A DNA stretch of 43,801 nucleotides from Roseibacillus sp. (GCA_965242925.1 CBDEUM010000027.1:1-43801); one strand, 5' to 3'; shown: positions 1 to 9,603, counted from the first letter of the stretch. Notes: generated by a model not told the origin, from the letters alone. A program made the numbers and translations.

Positions 1-1
1 A

Positions 2-1444
2 ATCCTGCTGGCCGCTCCCACTGCCAACCCGGATGGGGATACCAGCAGGAACGGACTGGAGTACTGGTGCCGTCTCGACCCCAAGCAGAACGACTCCCGA
101 CCGGGTTCAGTGCACCGGGATTCAAAGGGCAACTTGGTCTACGCCCTTGAACTTCGGGATGACGATTTGGTGCCGGACGGGGTCTTCCAGTTCTCCGACG
201 ACCTGTGGTTCGCCCGCCCCTCCCTGGCCCCGTTCTCGGGGGCCAGTACAAGCGATCTCGACCCGGAAGACGGGCTCCTGACCTGGATGGCAACGGACCC
301 TTCCCCGAAACCGGGTCCCACCCGCTTCGCGCGGGCGGACTTCAGGATCGACTGGCCAGCAGATTCCCAATGTCTCCAGCACTGCGCGGCTGTCGCGGTG
401 GCCACCTGTCAACCGGACAGCGAACAAATCCGCGCCACATTTCAGGCCTGCCTTTCCACCTGCTCCCGGGGCATGTGCGCCGAGATTTTTGAACCGGTGT
501 GTGGATGCGACGGCCAGACCTACGGCAATGCCTGCGCGGCGGCCAATGCCAATGCTGGAGTGGCGTATCTGGGAGCCTGCGGGGAGCCTGAATGTACCAG
601 CAATGACGACTGCGATGAGGCCGACTACTGCTTCTCCGAAGACGGTTGTGACGCCCCGGGAGTCTGCCAACCGCGACCGGTGGTCTGCACCCTGGAGTTC
701 AACCCGGTCTGTGGATGCGATGGGCAGACCTACGCCACTGCCTGCGTGGCGGCTGCGTCCGGGGTGAATATCGCCAGCCGGGGAGCCTGTGAAGTCAATG
801 GCGGATGCAACAGCAATGCCGACTGCGACGAAGCCGACTACTGTTTCTCCGAAGATGGTTGTGACACCCCGGGAATCTGCCAGCTACGACCGCGATTCTG
901 CACCCGCGAGTTCAGGCCGGTCTGTGGATGCGACGGCAGAACCTACGGCAATGCCTGCCAGGCGGCTGCAGCCGGGATGAATGTCGCCAGCCAGGGAGTC
1001 TGCGAGGTGACCTGCGCCAGCAATGCCGACTGCGACGAGGCCGACTACTGCTTCTCCGAAGACGGTTGTGACGCCCCGGGAATCTGTCAACCACGACCGG
1101 AGATCTGCACCCTGGAGTTCAACCCGGTCTGTGGATGCGACGGCAGGACCTACGGGAATGCCTGCGCGGCGGCCAGGGCCGGGGTGAATGTCGCCCGCCG
1201 GGGAGTCTGCGAGGTGACCTGCGACAGCAATGCCGACTGCGACGAGGCCGACTACTGTTTCTCCGAAGACGGTTGTGACACCCCGGGAATCTGCCAGCCA
1301 CGACCATTGCGTTGCACCCGCGAGTTCAACCCGGTCTGTGGATGCGACGGCAGGACCTACGGCAATGCCTGCACGGCGGCTGCGGCCGGGGTCAATATCG
1401 CCAGCCGGGGAGCCTGTCCGGAAATCCGGGTCCCCGACCGGTGA
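2..1444 (+). CDS. Cys-rich protein with five Kazal-type protease-inhibitor-like domains (5' partial; frame is open from the window start)
   Basis: The frame of ORF 110..1444 has no stop back to base 2 (ILLAAPTANPDGDTSRNGLEYW...). It carries five copies of C-x7-CGCDGxTYx(N/T)AC-x14-C separated by four CxSNxDCDEADYCFSEDGCDxPGxC spacer modules. Confidence 0.85.
   Translation: MLLAAPTANPDGDTSRNGLEYWCRLDPKQNDSRPGSVHRDSKGNLVYALELRDDDLVPDGVFQFSDDLWFARPSLAPFSGASTSDLDPEDGLLTWMATDPSPKPGPTRFARADFRIDWPADSQCLQHCAAVAVATCQPDSEQIRATFQACLSTCSRGMCAEIFEPVCGCDGQTYGNACAAANANAGVAYLGACGEPECTSNDDCDEADYCFSEDGCDAPGVCQPRPVVCTLEFNPVCGCDGQTYATACVAAASGVNIASRGACEVNGGCNSNADCDEADYCFSEDGCDTPGICQLRPRFCTREFRPVCGCDGRTYGNACQAAAAGMNVASQGVCEVTCASNADCDEADYCFSEDGCDAPGICQPRPEICTLEFNPVCGCDGRTYGNACAAARAGVNVARRGVCEVTCDSNADCDEADYCFSEDGCDTPGICQPRPLRCTREFNPVCGCDGRTYGNACTAAAAGVNIASRGACPEIRVPDR
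601..1417 (+). repeat. Four near-identical tandem coding repeats of 207-213 bp (Cys spacer plus Kazal unit)
   Basis: The anchor caatg(a/c)cgactgcga occurs at 601, 814, 1021 and 1228, giving periods of 213, 207 and 207 bp, with long identical stretches such as ccggtctgtggatgcga. Confidence 0.95.
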
Positions 1445-1453
1445 GCCCCGGAT

Positions 1454-1486
1454 CGGCGGCGGGAAACTCCCCCTCTCCCGCTACCG
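1454..1486. terminator. Imperfect GC-rich hairpin between the convergent Kazal gene and pntB
   Basis: cggcggcggga (1454-1464) pairs with tcccgctaccg (1476-1486) with one mismatch and one G-U; there is no clear U-tract. Confidence 0.35.
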
Positions 1487-1505
1487 GCGGGGGCAGGAGT
1501 TACCC

Positions 1506-2900
1506 TTAAGAGTCCAGGACTTTCAGCACACTCTCCAGGCTCTCCCGTGCATCACCAAAGAGCATGCGGGTGTTCTCCTTGAAAAAGAGCGGGTTCTCCA
1601 CTCCGGCATAACCGGTGGCCATGGAGCGCTTGAGCACGATGGTGGTTTTGCCTTTCCAGCACTCGAGCACTGGCATCCCCGCGATGGGACTGTCAGGCTC
1701 GTCAAGGGCGGACGGATTGACAATATCGTTGGCACCGATGACCACCGAGACATCGATGTCCGGAAAATCGTCGTTGATCTCGTCCATCTCGAACACGATG
1801 TCGTAGGGAACCTTCGCCTCCGCCAGAAGCACGTTCATGTGGCCCGGCATGCGGCCGGCCACCGGGTGAATCCCGAAGCGCACGTTGACTCCCTTTCCTC
1901 GCAGGGCCTTGGTCATCTCGTTCACGGTGTGCTGGGCCTGGGCCACCGCCATGCCGTAGCCGGGAATGATCATGATTTCCTTGGCCTCTCCCATCAACTC
2001 AGCCGTCTCCTCGGCACTCACGGCAACAGCTTCGCCCTGCTCTCCGTCACTACTCTTCGCAGGCCCGCCTCCGCTACTTCCGAACCCGCCCGCAATAACC
2101 GAAAGGAACTTCCGGTTCATGGCCCTGCACATGATATAGCTGAGGATTGCTCCGCTGGAACCAACAAGGGCTCCGACAACGATCAGGAGATCATTCTTGA
2201 GCATGAACCCGGTGGCTGCAGCCGCCCATCCTGAATAGCTGTTGAGCATGGAAACGACCACCGGCATATCGGCCCCGCCAATCGCCATCACCATGTGAAT
2301 CCCAAAAATGAGGGCTATCACGGTCATGATGAGGAGCGGGCTTAATCCTCCACCCTCGGCGGACTGCTCGACAAAGGAGATTCCCAGCACAACCGTCACG
2401 ATCAGCAGTCCCAGGTTGAGCCAGTGTTTCGCGGGCAGGGTAAGAGGCTTGCCTCCGATCCGGGCACTGAGCTTGAGGAAGGCTATAACGGAACCCGAGA
2501 AGGTCACCGCCCCAATCAGGATCCCCACGTAAATCTCGATATCATGGATCGTTCTCTCGGCTCCTTCGTAGTGATGCCCATCGAGATAGGTAGCGTAGCC
2601 AACCAGAACAGCGGCGAGTCCTACGAGGCTGTGAAGCATGGCCACGAGTTCCGGCATCTGGGTCATCTGCACCCGGCGGGCGAGAACAAAGCCCACCGCC
2701 CCGCCGACCACGAGGGTCCCGACGAGAATGGCGTGGTTCCCGGTGATTCCGGCGATCGCGGCGACCAGGGCGATTGCCATGCCCAGCATACCGTAGAAAT
2801 TTCCCCGGCGCGCGGTTTCCTGGTTACTCAGTCCCCCGAGGGCCAGAATGAAGAGGATGATTGACCCGAGATAGGCGGCGTTTGCAAGTTGCTCAGTCAT
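1506..2900 (-). CDS. pntB: NAD(P) transhydrogenase beta subunit
   Basis: Multi-TM N-terminal half with [19 protein letters not shown] and [27 protein letters not shown]-binding domain III with [30 protein letters not shown] and GANDIVNP. Confidence 0.97.
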   Translation of the reverse strand: MTEQLANAAYLGSIILFILALGGLSNQETARRGNFYGMLGMAIALVAAIAGITGNHAILVGTLVVGGAVGFVLARRVQMTQMPELVAMLHSLVGLAAVLVGYATYLDGHHYEGAERTIHDIEIYVGILIGAVTFSGSVIAFLKLSARIGGKPLTLPAKHWLNLGLLIVTVVLGISFVEQSAEGGGLSPLLIMTVIALIFGIHMVMAIGGADMPVVVSMLNSYSGWAAAATGFMLKNDLLIVVGALVGSSGAILSYIMCRAMNRKFLSVIAGGFGSSGGGPAKSSDGEQGEAVAVSAEETAELMGEAKEIMIIPGYGMAVAQAQHTVNEMTKALRGKGVNVRFGIHPVAGRMPGHMNVLLAEAKVPYDIVFEMDEINDDFPDIDVSVVIGANDIVNPSALDEPDSPIAGMPVLECWKGKTTIVLKRSMATGYAGVENPLFFKENTRMLFGDARESLESVLKVLDS

Positions 2901-2919
2901 GTCGTCCTACGGTTGGAGG

Positions 2920-4479
2920 CTATCCCTTGCGGAACATTTCCAGCATGCGCTGGGTGACAGCGAATCCACCCACGATGTTGACGGCGGTGATCAGGATCGC
3001 AACCGCCGCCAGCCACACAATCGCAGGTGCTACGTCGGCTTTCTGGAACTGCACGATCGCCCCGATGATGATGATGCTGCTGATTGCATTCGTGACGCTC
3101 ATGAGCGGCGTATGCAACGCGGGACTGACATTCCAGATCACCATGTAGCCGACGAAGCAGGCGAGAACGAAGACCGTGAAGTGCTCCATGAAGGAAGACG
3201 GGGCGAAGGAACCCACCCCGGCGAGGGCGCCCCCGGCGAGCAGAAGCGGAACGAGGAATCCCAGGATTGAGCGCTTTGGCTCAGCGGTTTCCTGCGACAC
3301 GGTCGGCGTCTGCTCGGGCTGCGATTTCGGCACAGGTGCAGCGCTGAGCTTGGGTGCAGGTGGTGGCCAGGTGATCTCCCCATCCTTGATAACGGTAGTG
3401 CCCCGGATGACCTCGTCCTCCATGTTCACATCGACCGTGCCGTCCTTTTCCGGGCTGAGATCAGTGAGAAGGTGACGCAGGTTGGTGCCATAAAGCTGGC
3501 TCGACTGGGCCGCCAGGCGACTGGGCAGGTCCGTGTATCCGACAAGGGTGACCCCATGTTTGACCACCACCTTACCGGTCTCCGAGAGCTCACAGTTTCC
3601 ACCCTGCTCGGTAGCCAGATCCACGATCACGCTGCCCTCCTTCATGAGTTCCACCATGTCAGCCAGGATCAGCTTGGGGGCCGGCTTGCCGGGAATCAGT
3701 GCGGTGGTAATGATGATATCAACCTCCCGGGCCTGCTCGCGGAAAAGATCCATCTCGGCCTTGATGAAAGCCTCACTCATCACCTTGGCATAACCACCTT
3801 CTCCGGCCCCGTCCTCGTCGTCCTCGAACTCAAGCATGAGGAACTCGGCGGCCATGCTCTCAACCTGTTCCTTGACCTCGGGCCGGGTGTCGAAGGCACG
3901 CACGATGGCACCCATGCTCCGGGCCGCACCAATGGCGGCCAAGCCGGCCACTCCCGCCCCGATGACGAGCACCTTGGCCGGGGGCACCTTGCCTGCAGCC
4001 GTGATCTGTCCCGTGAAAAAACGTCTGAAATGCTGGGCGGCTTCCACTACCGCCCGATATCCGGCGATGTTAGCCATGGAACTGAGGGCATCCAGCTTCT
4101 GGGCTCGCGAAATGCGCGGAACGCTATCCATGGCCATGACCGTTCCGCCGGTAGCAGCCAGTTCCTTCATCAGTTCCTCGTTCTGGGCCGGCCAGATGAA
4201 GCTCACCAGAATCTTACCTTCGTTCAGCCATCCGATCTCGCCACCCTGCGGAGCGCGCACCTTGAAGATAATATCGGAGGACGACCATAACTCCACGGCA
4301 TCCTCCAGCACCTGCACTCCAGCGGCACGATACACCGCATCCGGAAAACTGGCCGCCTCCCCTGCCCCACTCTCTATCGCCACTGTGAAGCCGAGCTTCT
4401 GCAGGTGTTCAGCCACTTCCGGAGTGGTGGCCACCCGGCACTCACCCTCGTATATCTCATTCGGAATCCCAATTTGCAT
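2920..4479 (-). CDS. pntA: NAD(P) transhydrogenase alpha subunit (single-chain type)
   Basis: [48 protein letters not shown] and the C-terminal TM region [13 protein letters not shown]; 19 bp upstream of pntB. Confidence 0.97.
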   Translation of the reverse strand: MQIGIPNEIYEGECRVATTPEVAEHLQKLGFTVAIESGAGEAASFPDAVYRAAGVQVLEDAVELWSSSDIIFKVRAPQGGEIGWLNEGKILVSFIWPAQNEELMKELAATGGTVMAMDSVPRISRAQKLDALSSMANIAGYRAVVEAAQHFRRFFTGQITAAGKVPPAKVLVIGAGVAGLAAIGAARSMGAIVRAFDTRPEVKEQVESMAAEFLMLEFEDDEDGAGEGGYAKVMSEAFIKAEMDLFREQAREVDIIITTALIPGKPAPKLILADMVELMKEGSVIVDLATEQGGNCELSETGKVVVKHGVTLVGYTDLPSRLAAQSSQLYGTNLRHLLTDLSPEKDGTVDVNMEDEVIRGTTVIKDGEITWPPPAPKLSAAPVPKSQPEQTPTVSQETAEPKRSILGFLVPLLLAGGALAGVGSFAPSSFMEHFTVFVLACFVGYMVIWNVSPALHTPLMSVTNAISSIIIIGAIVQFQKADVAPAIVWLAAVAILITAVNIVGGFAVTQRMLEMFRKG

Positions 4480-4973
4480 TTGCTCTGGGGTGTCGGCAGC
4501 CCACGTGCCGGACGGGGCGGAACATAGGGCTATGGAAGAGATTTACAAGTACCTTACCGGGAACTATCCGACTGATTCCGGGTCGAGGTCACGGAGCTGA
4601 ATTCAAGACCGCACGTGCCGGTGCGGGATTCGTTCCACGCAGGTCATGGACGACCCCCCATGCCCAGTGAACAGCCCTCGGTCCTATCCTCCTTCCGTGG
4701 TATTCTTCAGCTTGCCGACGAGATTATCATTGGTCCGCTTCCTGATCGCGAACCAACCTCCTGCTCCGTCAGGAATGAGCGCCCCCTGCGGCAGCCTGCT
4801 GAATGAGTAACGGCGGGAGAGCCGGGCATCAGCGTCGTGACATTGATTCGTCCCGGCGGCACATAGACACCGTAAGGAATGTCACAGACACGATTGCCGC
4901 TCACTTCCCGAAGGGACACCAGATGAACTCCTTCGGCGGTCACTCTCTCCTCCAATTGACGCAAACCGGGACA

Positions 4974-5000
4974 CATCCGGCTGGGTCAGTCAGCCGGATG
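4974..5000. repeat. Perfect 10-bp inverted repeat with 7-nt loop
   Basis: catccggctg-ggtcagt-cagccggatg in the spacer between the divergent pntA and oxidoreductase genes. Confidence 0.7.
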
Positions 5001-5288
5001 AAGCATGGCCAGGTCGGGAAGCACTAGTGTAATCAAGGAGGCCCTCGCAAAGGGGGGACCCCCGAATCGAATCGTCCCTCAGAGTGCCGGGAGAGCCCGT
5101 GACAGCCGATTTCATACGCTCTGGCCCGGTCTTGTGAACAATCAAAGCGTCACGCCTCAAGGGGTATTTGCCTCCAACAGTCTATCTTTTGGTCGCATGA
5201 TCACGTTCTACCCGTGGTTGGGGTTTGCATCTGTCCCCCGGTCGCGTAATAACCGATCTGTTACAACCCTAGCCTCAGGCGAATTCTC

Positions 5289-6617
5289 ATGAGCAACAAT
5301 CAAACCAGAAGGAATTTCCTCCAGAAATCAACCGCCGTCGGTGCCGCCATCGGCTTCCCCACCGTCATCCCGTCCAGTGCCCTCGGCAAGGATGGGGCAA
5401 CCGCTCCCAGTGAACGAGTGGTCATGGGATTCATCGGAATTGGCAACCGTGGACTCGGCGTAATGCAGGCCCACATCAATCACAAGGACGTGCAGGGTGT
5501 GGCCGTCTCTGACTGCCATAAGAACCACACGGACCGCAACCGCAGGTGCGGATCAGTGGGTGGCAAGGAGACCGTGGACAAGAAGAATGGCAACAAGGAC
5601 TGCAAGGCCTACTTCGACTTCCGCGAACTGTGCGCCCGCGACGACATCGATGCTGTCATGGTCGCTACTCCTGACCACTGGCACGGCATCATCACCCTTG
5701 AAGCCCTTCGCAACGGCAAGGACGTCTACTGCGAGAAGCCGGTGACCCACTTCTTTGCGGAAGGTGCCGCAGTCTACAAGACCGTCGCTGAGAAGAAGCG
5801 TATTTTCCAAGTCGGCTCCCAGCAGCGCTCCGGGGGCAATTTCCGCCAGGCCGTCGAAATCGTTCGCAATGGCCTGATTGGAAAGGTGACTCACGTTGAA
5901 GTGGGACTCCCCGGGGGCCGCACCGGTCCTGATCGTGACCCGACCCTGAAGGATGCCCCGGAAGGCTACGACCGCTGGTGCGGACCAAGCCCGGTTCTTC
6001 CCTACATGGAGGCTCGTCACCACTGGTCCTGGCGCTGGCACACCAACTACGGGCGCGGCCAGCTCATGGACTGGATCGGCCATCACAACGACATCGCCCA
6101 CTGGGGACTCGGACTTGAGGCTACCGGCGGCGGTGGCGGACCGGTCAGCGTGGAAGCGAAGAACTGGGACTTCAGCAAGACCCCGGATATCTACGACACC
6201 GCCTGGCAGTATGATGTCATCTCCAAGTACCCGGGTGACATCGAGGTCAAGATGTCCTCCCGCGTGCGCATGGGAACCAAGTGGATCGGCACGGACGGCT
6301 GGGTCTACGTGGACCGGGGCCGACTGGATGCCTCCAACAAGGAGTGGATCAAGGGAGGGTTCAACTCCGGCAAGTACAAGGCCTACAGTTCTCCCGGCCA
6401 CCAGCGTAACTTCATCGACTCCGTGAAGTCCCGCAAGGAAACCGTCGCGCCGGCCGAGAATGCCCACCGCTCGATCACTCCCGGCCACATCGCCTACGTT
6501 TCCCACGAAATCGGGCGCCCCATCAAATGGGACCCCAAGAAGGAGGTCGTTATCGGCGACGACAAGGCCCAGAAGATCCTCTACTCGCTCCCCTATCGCG
6601 GCGACTGGAAAATCTAG
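5289..6617 (+). CDS. Tat-exported Gfo/Idh/MocA family oxidoreductase
   Basis: Twin-arginine signal TRRNFLQ; Rossmann GFIGIGNRG; IDAVMVATPDHWH; DVYCEKP; QVGSQQRS; G-x-LMDWxxHHxD. Confidence 0.93.
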   Translation: MSNNQTRRNFLQKSTAVGAAIGFPTVIPSSALGKDGATAPSERVVMGFIGIGNRGLGVMQAHINHKDVQGVAVSDCHKNHTDRNRRCGSVGGKETVDKKNGNKDCKAYFDFRELCARDDIDAVMVATPDHWHGIITLEALRNGKDVYCEKPVTHFFAEGAAVYKTVAEKKRIFQVGSQQRSGGNFRQAVEIVRNGLIGKVTHVEVGLPGGRTGPDRDPTLKDAPEGYDRWCGPSPVLPYMEARHHWSWRWHTNYGRGQLMDWIGHHNDIAHWGLGLEATGGGGGPVSVEAKNWDFSKTPDIYDTAWQYDVISKYPGDIEVKMSSRVRMGTKWIGTDGWVYVDRGRLDASNKEWIKGGFNSGKYKAYSSPGHQRNFIDSVKSRKETVAPAENAHRSITPGHIAYVSHEIGRPIKWDPKKEVVIGDDKAQKILYSLPYRGDWKI

Positions 6618-6668
6618 GAACGCGCCACCTTCCCATCGCGGGGGACACCCTCCGCAACAGGATCTCTC

Positions 6669-6699
6669 CGGGCTCACCTGCACCACGCGGGTGAGCCCG
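6669..6699. terminator. 13-bp stem hairpin between convergent genes (probable bidirectional terminator or RNA stabiliser)
   Basis: cgggctcacctgc-accac-gcgggtgagcccg, with one G-U pair. Confidence 0.55.
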
Positions 6700-6771
6700 T
6701 TCCCTTGCAGGAAGCTGAACCCCAACCGTCCGCCGAACAGAATTCACGATCGGACCCTTGAAATCCGGGCC

Positions 6772-9603
6772 TCACTCCCTGACCACTTCCAGGAGTTCAA
6801 TGTCTCCCTTGTCGATCTCGAGAGAAACCTTGGACACTCCACCCTCTTCCCGGACGGGAACATCCTTCCACTGGCGGCTACCCTTGTCCATCCGACGCAC
6901 CTTCCTGACTCTGCCCTCGACCGTCACGTCCGCCATTCGCAGTTCCCCGATATCACGATTTCCCACGGCAAGAAATCTTTCGCCCCTGGCTCCCTCGAAA
7001 ACCCCCATGACAATATGCTCCCCGGAAGGCCGCACCCAGTAATCCCCGGGAGCCTCCCGGGTGCCGGCCGGGAGCGGCGCGGCGTGGTAGACCGCCACCG
7101 AGCGGGCCCCAACCAGGCTTGGACTGAAGGCGGCCATGGTATTATTGCAGCGCCCCACTTCCCGCCCGATATCCGAAAGGGGCGGCGGCTCGGTCTCCAC
7201 CACCTTGTGGATATCGAACATGGTCCAGCCCACCCACCACTTGAACCCCTTGACGCCGTAGGCCAGGCTCATGGAGACAGTCTGCCGCATCTTGATCACG
7301 TTGTCGCCATGCACGTGGACGAAGCGAAAGATCGGGATGCCGCCCGCCGCCAGTGACATGCGGCGGTAGTACTCCAGGTAGTGAAAGTGGAGATGGGCCT
7401 GGCGCTGCCAGTGGTAGTCGTAGTACTCCAGCATGCGGGGACGAACCGCATCGAGGAAGAACTCAATTCCCCCGTATTGCGCGTAGGTCGTGAAGGCGGT
7501 GGGATGGTAGGCGTCAATGGCTTCATATTCCCCCCGCATGGTGCCAAACCGAGGGAAGCTGCCGGGCTTGCGGCGATCACTCAGGTAGTAGCAGATCACG
7601 GACTGCTCGTCCTTCAGGGTGTAGGCCGTCCAGGGGGTGACCCCATGCACGAGGAGATAGATTCCGGCCTCTCGCGTGGCCTCAAGATCGGCCAGGCTGC
7701 CTTCCAGCCCGTTGAAGTTCATCTTCTTCATGGATGCGAAGAGATTGTCGTGACCGACCCGTGGACCGACCCAGCCGGGTCCCAGGAAAGAGATAATGGC
7801 GGGCATGCGGAAGGATCCTGGCAGGATCTCCCTTACCATTGCCGCATACGCTCCGATCCCAAAAACCTCACTCGTCCGCTGCTTGGGATAGACTTCGAGC
7901 CGCTCGAGCCTGCCGTTCACGTAGGCCACCTCCACCCCCAGGCCGGTTTCACAGTCCACCCGTGCCACCACATCCTGATCGACCGGCCAGCCAGGCAGAA
8001 CACACGCACGCTTGCCGGTGGCCACCAGCAACATCGATTGCAACGTGTCCATGAAACCGTCAATGGGATCGCTCTCCGCGGGCAGGTTGGCAAAGGCGCT
8101 TCCCCAGAACCGCGGGAAACGGGCTTTCCCCTGCCCCACCTCAAGAGCTGGCCGGGCCTTGGCGAGCGCTGCCGCGATGGCCGCTTCACTCTTCTCCTTC
8201 GTCCACGGAACCAGCTCCCGCTCCGGAACTTCCCTGGCCGGTTCACTCGCCGGCTTGAGCGGATGTGGACCCCGTCCGCTGACCGCACTGAGATAGCGTC
8301 GCAGGACCAGGGCGCGCGAGATGGCGGCCGCTTCCTCACCGCTGCCCAGGTGGATGCTGCCCCGGTTCCAGAACTTGTTCCAGACGTCCATCTGCCCACT
8401 GACGGAGCCATTGACGTCCACCTTGCCAATTCCACCGAGGATCTCATCCAGCTTCTCGACCTTGGAGACCTCCCGCAGCAGGTGCACCTGCAGGTCAAAT
8501 GCCGTAGCGGGAGCGGGATTCCTGAGTTCCGGCCCTTCTCCCGGTTCCATCCCGTCGCACAGGACCACCAGGGCATGATCATCGTTCCTGGTCCGCAGCC
8601 GCTTGTGGTCCTTCAGGGCCTTGTGCTCCCCCTCTCCTTCCAGGTCCACCACGAAGCCAACCGGTTTCGCGGTGCGCAGCTGCAGGTGAAGCACATCGCG
8701 ATTGGCATCTACAAAAAACGAAAAGACCGGTTTCTCGGGTTGGTCCAGGCTCCTGACGGTGACCTCGCCGAACTTGAAACGCAGGGCCTGATGAAAAGAT
8801 GGTTCTGCGGTGTGAAACCCTTGCTCCAGCCGAAACCGCACCCCTCCCACCGGGGCAATCCGACCGTCGGCCTTCCGGGCCCCCAGACTGACATGAACGA
8901 CTCCCTTCCGGTCCGTCCAGACATGGGCCAGCAGGGAGCCGTTCCCAATCGGCATGGCTCCCTCTGCATCTCCTCCCGGCGTCTTCCATATGACATGAGC
9001 ATCCGAGACCGGATCCGGCGGCCTTTTCACCCCGGGGGGCTTGGCCGGGGCAAGAGCTGCCAGGGCTGCATCACTCAGCTTCTCATCCAGAACCAGGATC
9101 TCAGCCGCTCCGGGATTCGGGCCCCCGTGTGAATTGTGGAACCGCAGGGTCAGCTTCCTTACGGGCTGCCTCTCGATTATCACCCGCTGGCCGCCATGCC
9201 GTTTCTCGAAGGCACCCTTCGCCACCGACTCGGCCTGATCGTCGACGAAGATCTCATAATCCTTGAAGCATTCCTCCAGCAACCAGGTCGTCCGCCCGAA
9301 GTAGACAATCTCCTGCACCATCACGGGCTCCTTCCACTCCAGGACCACTTCACCCTTGTCCTCGGCCACCTCCCCGTCAACCGCCCACGACTTTGCTCCC
9401 TGTGAGTTCGGATAAAACTCAAGGTGCTGGGAGAGAGCTGGCGCGATCCGGCCATCTGCAATCGCACCGGCCGCCAGTTTCTGCCCCTTCGATTCGGAAG
9501 AAGCGGTGATCTTTGCACTGGCTGCGAGATTCACGAATTCCGGTTTCGCCATCGCAGGAGAAACCAGCTGCAGAAACAACAGGGGAAAGCAGATCCGGAT
9601 CAT
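6772..9603 (-). CDS. Secreted 943-aa mosaic protein: F5/8-type-C-like domain, DUF5703/GH95-like fragments and a C-terminal glycoside-hydrolase-like domain
   Basis: Signal peptide ending ...SPAMA; VNLAASAKITASSE...WAV...GPNPGAAEI discoidin-like pattern; WKTPGGDAEGAMPIGNG; RFPRFWG...LQSMLL...LPGWP; C-terminal YYDYHW and SLAYGVKGFKWW. Confidence 0.7.
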   Translation of the reverse strand: MIRICFPLLFLQLVSPAMAKPEFVNLAASAKITASSESKGQKLAAGAIADGRIAPALSQHLEFYPNSQGAKSWAVDGEVAEDKGEVVLEWKEPVMVQEIVYFGRTTWLLEECFKDYEIFVDDQAESVAKGAFEKRHGGQRVIIERQPVRKLTLRFHNSHGGPNPGAAEILVLDEKLSDAALAALAPAKPPGVKRPPDPVSDAHVIWKTPGGDAEGAMPIGNGSLLAHVWTDRKGVVHVSLGARKADGRIAPVGGVRFRLEQGFHTAEPSFHQALRFKFGEVTVRSLDQPEKPVFSFFVDANRDVLHLQLRTAKPVGFVVDLEGEGEHKALKDHKRLRTRNDDHALVVLCDGMEPGEGPELRNPAPATAFDLQVHLLREVSKVEKLDEILGGIGKVDVNGSVSGQMDVWNKFWNRGSIHLGSGEEAAAISRALVLRRYLSAVSGRGPHPLKPASEPAREVPERELVPWTKEKSEAAIAAALAKARPALEVGQGKARFPRFWGSAFANLPAESDPIDGFMDTLQSMLLVATGKRACVLPGWPVDQDVVARVDCETGLGVEVAYVNGRLERLEVYPKQRTSEVFGIGAYAAMVREILPGSFRMPAIISFLGPGWVGPRVGHDNLFASMKKMNFNGLEGSLADLEATREAGIYLLVHGVTPWTAYTLKDEQSVICYYLSDRRKPGSFPRFGTMRGEYEAIDAYHPTAFTTYAQYGGIEFFLDAVRPRMLEYYDYHWQRQAHLHFHYLEYYRRMSLAAGGIPIFRFVHVHGDNVIKMRQTVSMSLAYGVKGFKWWVGWTMFDIHKVVETEPPPLSDIGREVGRCNNTMAAFSPSLVGARSVAVYHAAPLPAGTREAPGDYWVRPSGEHIVMGVFEGARGERFLAVGNRDIGELRMADVTVEGRVRKVRRMDKGSRQWKDVPVREEGGVSKVSLEIDKGDIELLEVVRE

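Noticed and set aside
601..1417. Regularly spaced repeats as a possible CRISPR array
   Set aside because: Units are 207-213 bp, in frame and protein-coding, with no unique spacers and no cas genes.
4707..5006. In-frame TGA upstream of the 89-aa ORF (MLHPAD*PSRMCPG), coinciding with a hairpin, as possible selenocysteine readthrough
   Set aside because: No redox-motif context such as CxxU or UxxC, the TGA lies in the hairpin loop rather than just upstream of a SECIS-like stem, and the ORF itself is unsupported.
5132..5149. TTGTGAA as a Rex (NADH-sensing) operator for pntAB
   Set aside because: Only one half-site is present; the matching TTCACAA is absent.
7381..9132. Long antisense or alternate-frame ORFs (e.g. 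7381..9132 +, 11172..12785 -, 15705..17027 -, 5553..6725 -)
   Set aside because: They are shadows of well-supported genes on the opposite strand, expected at high GC, and show no recognisable motifs.
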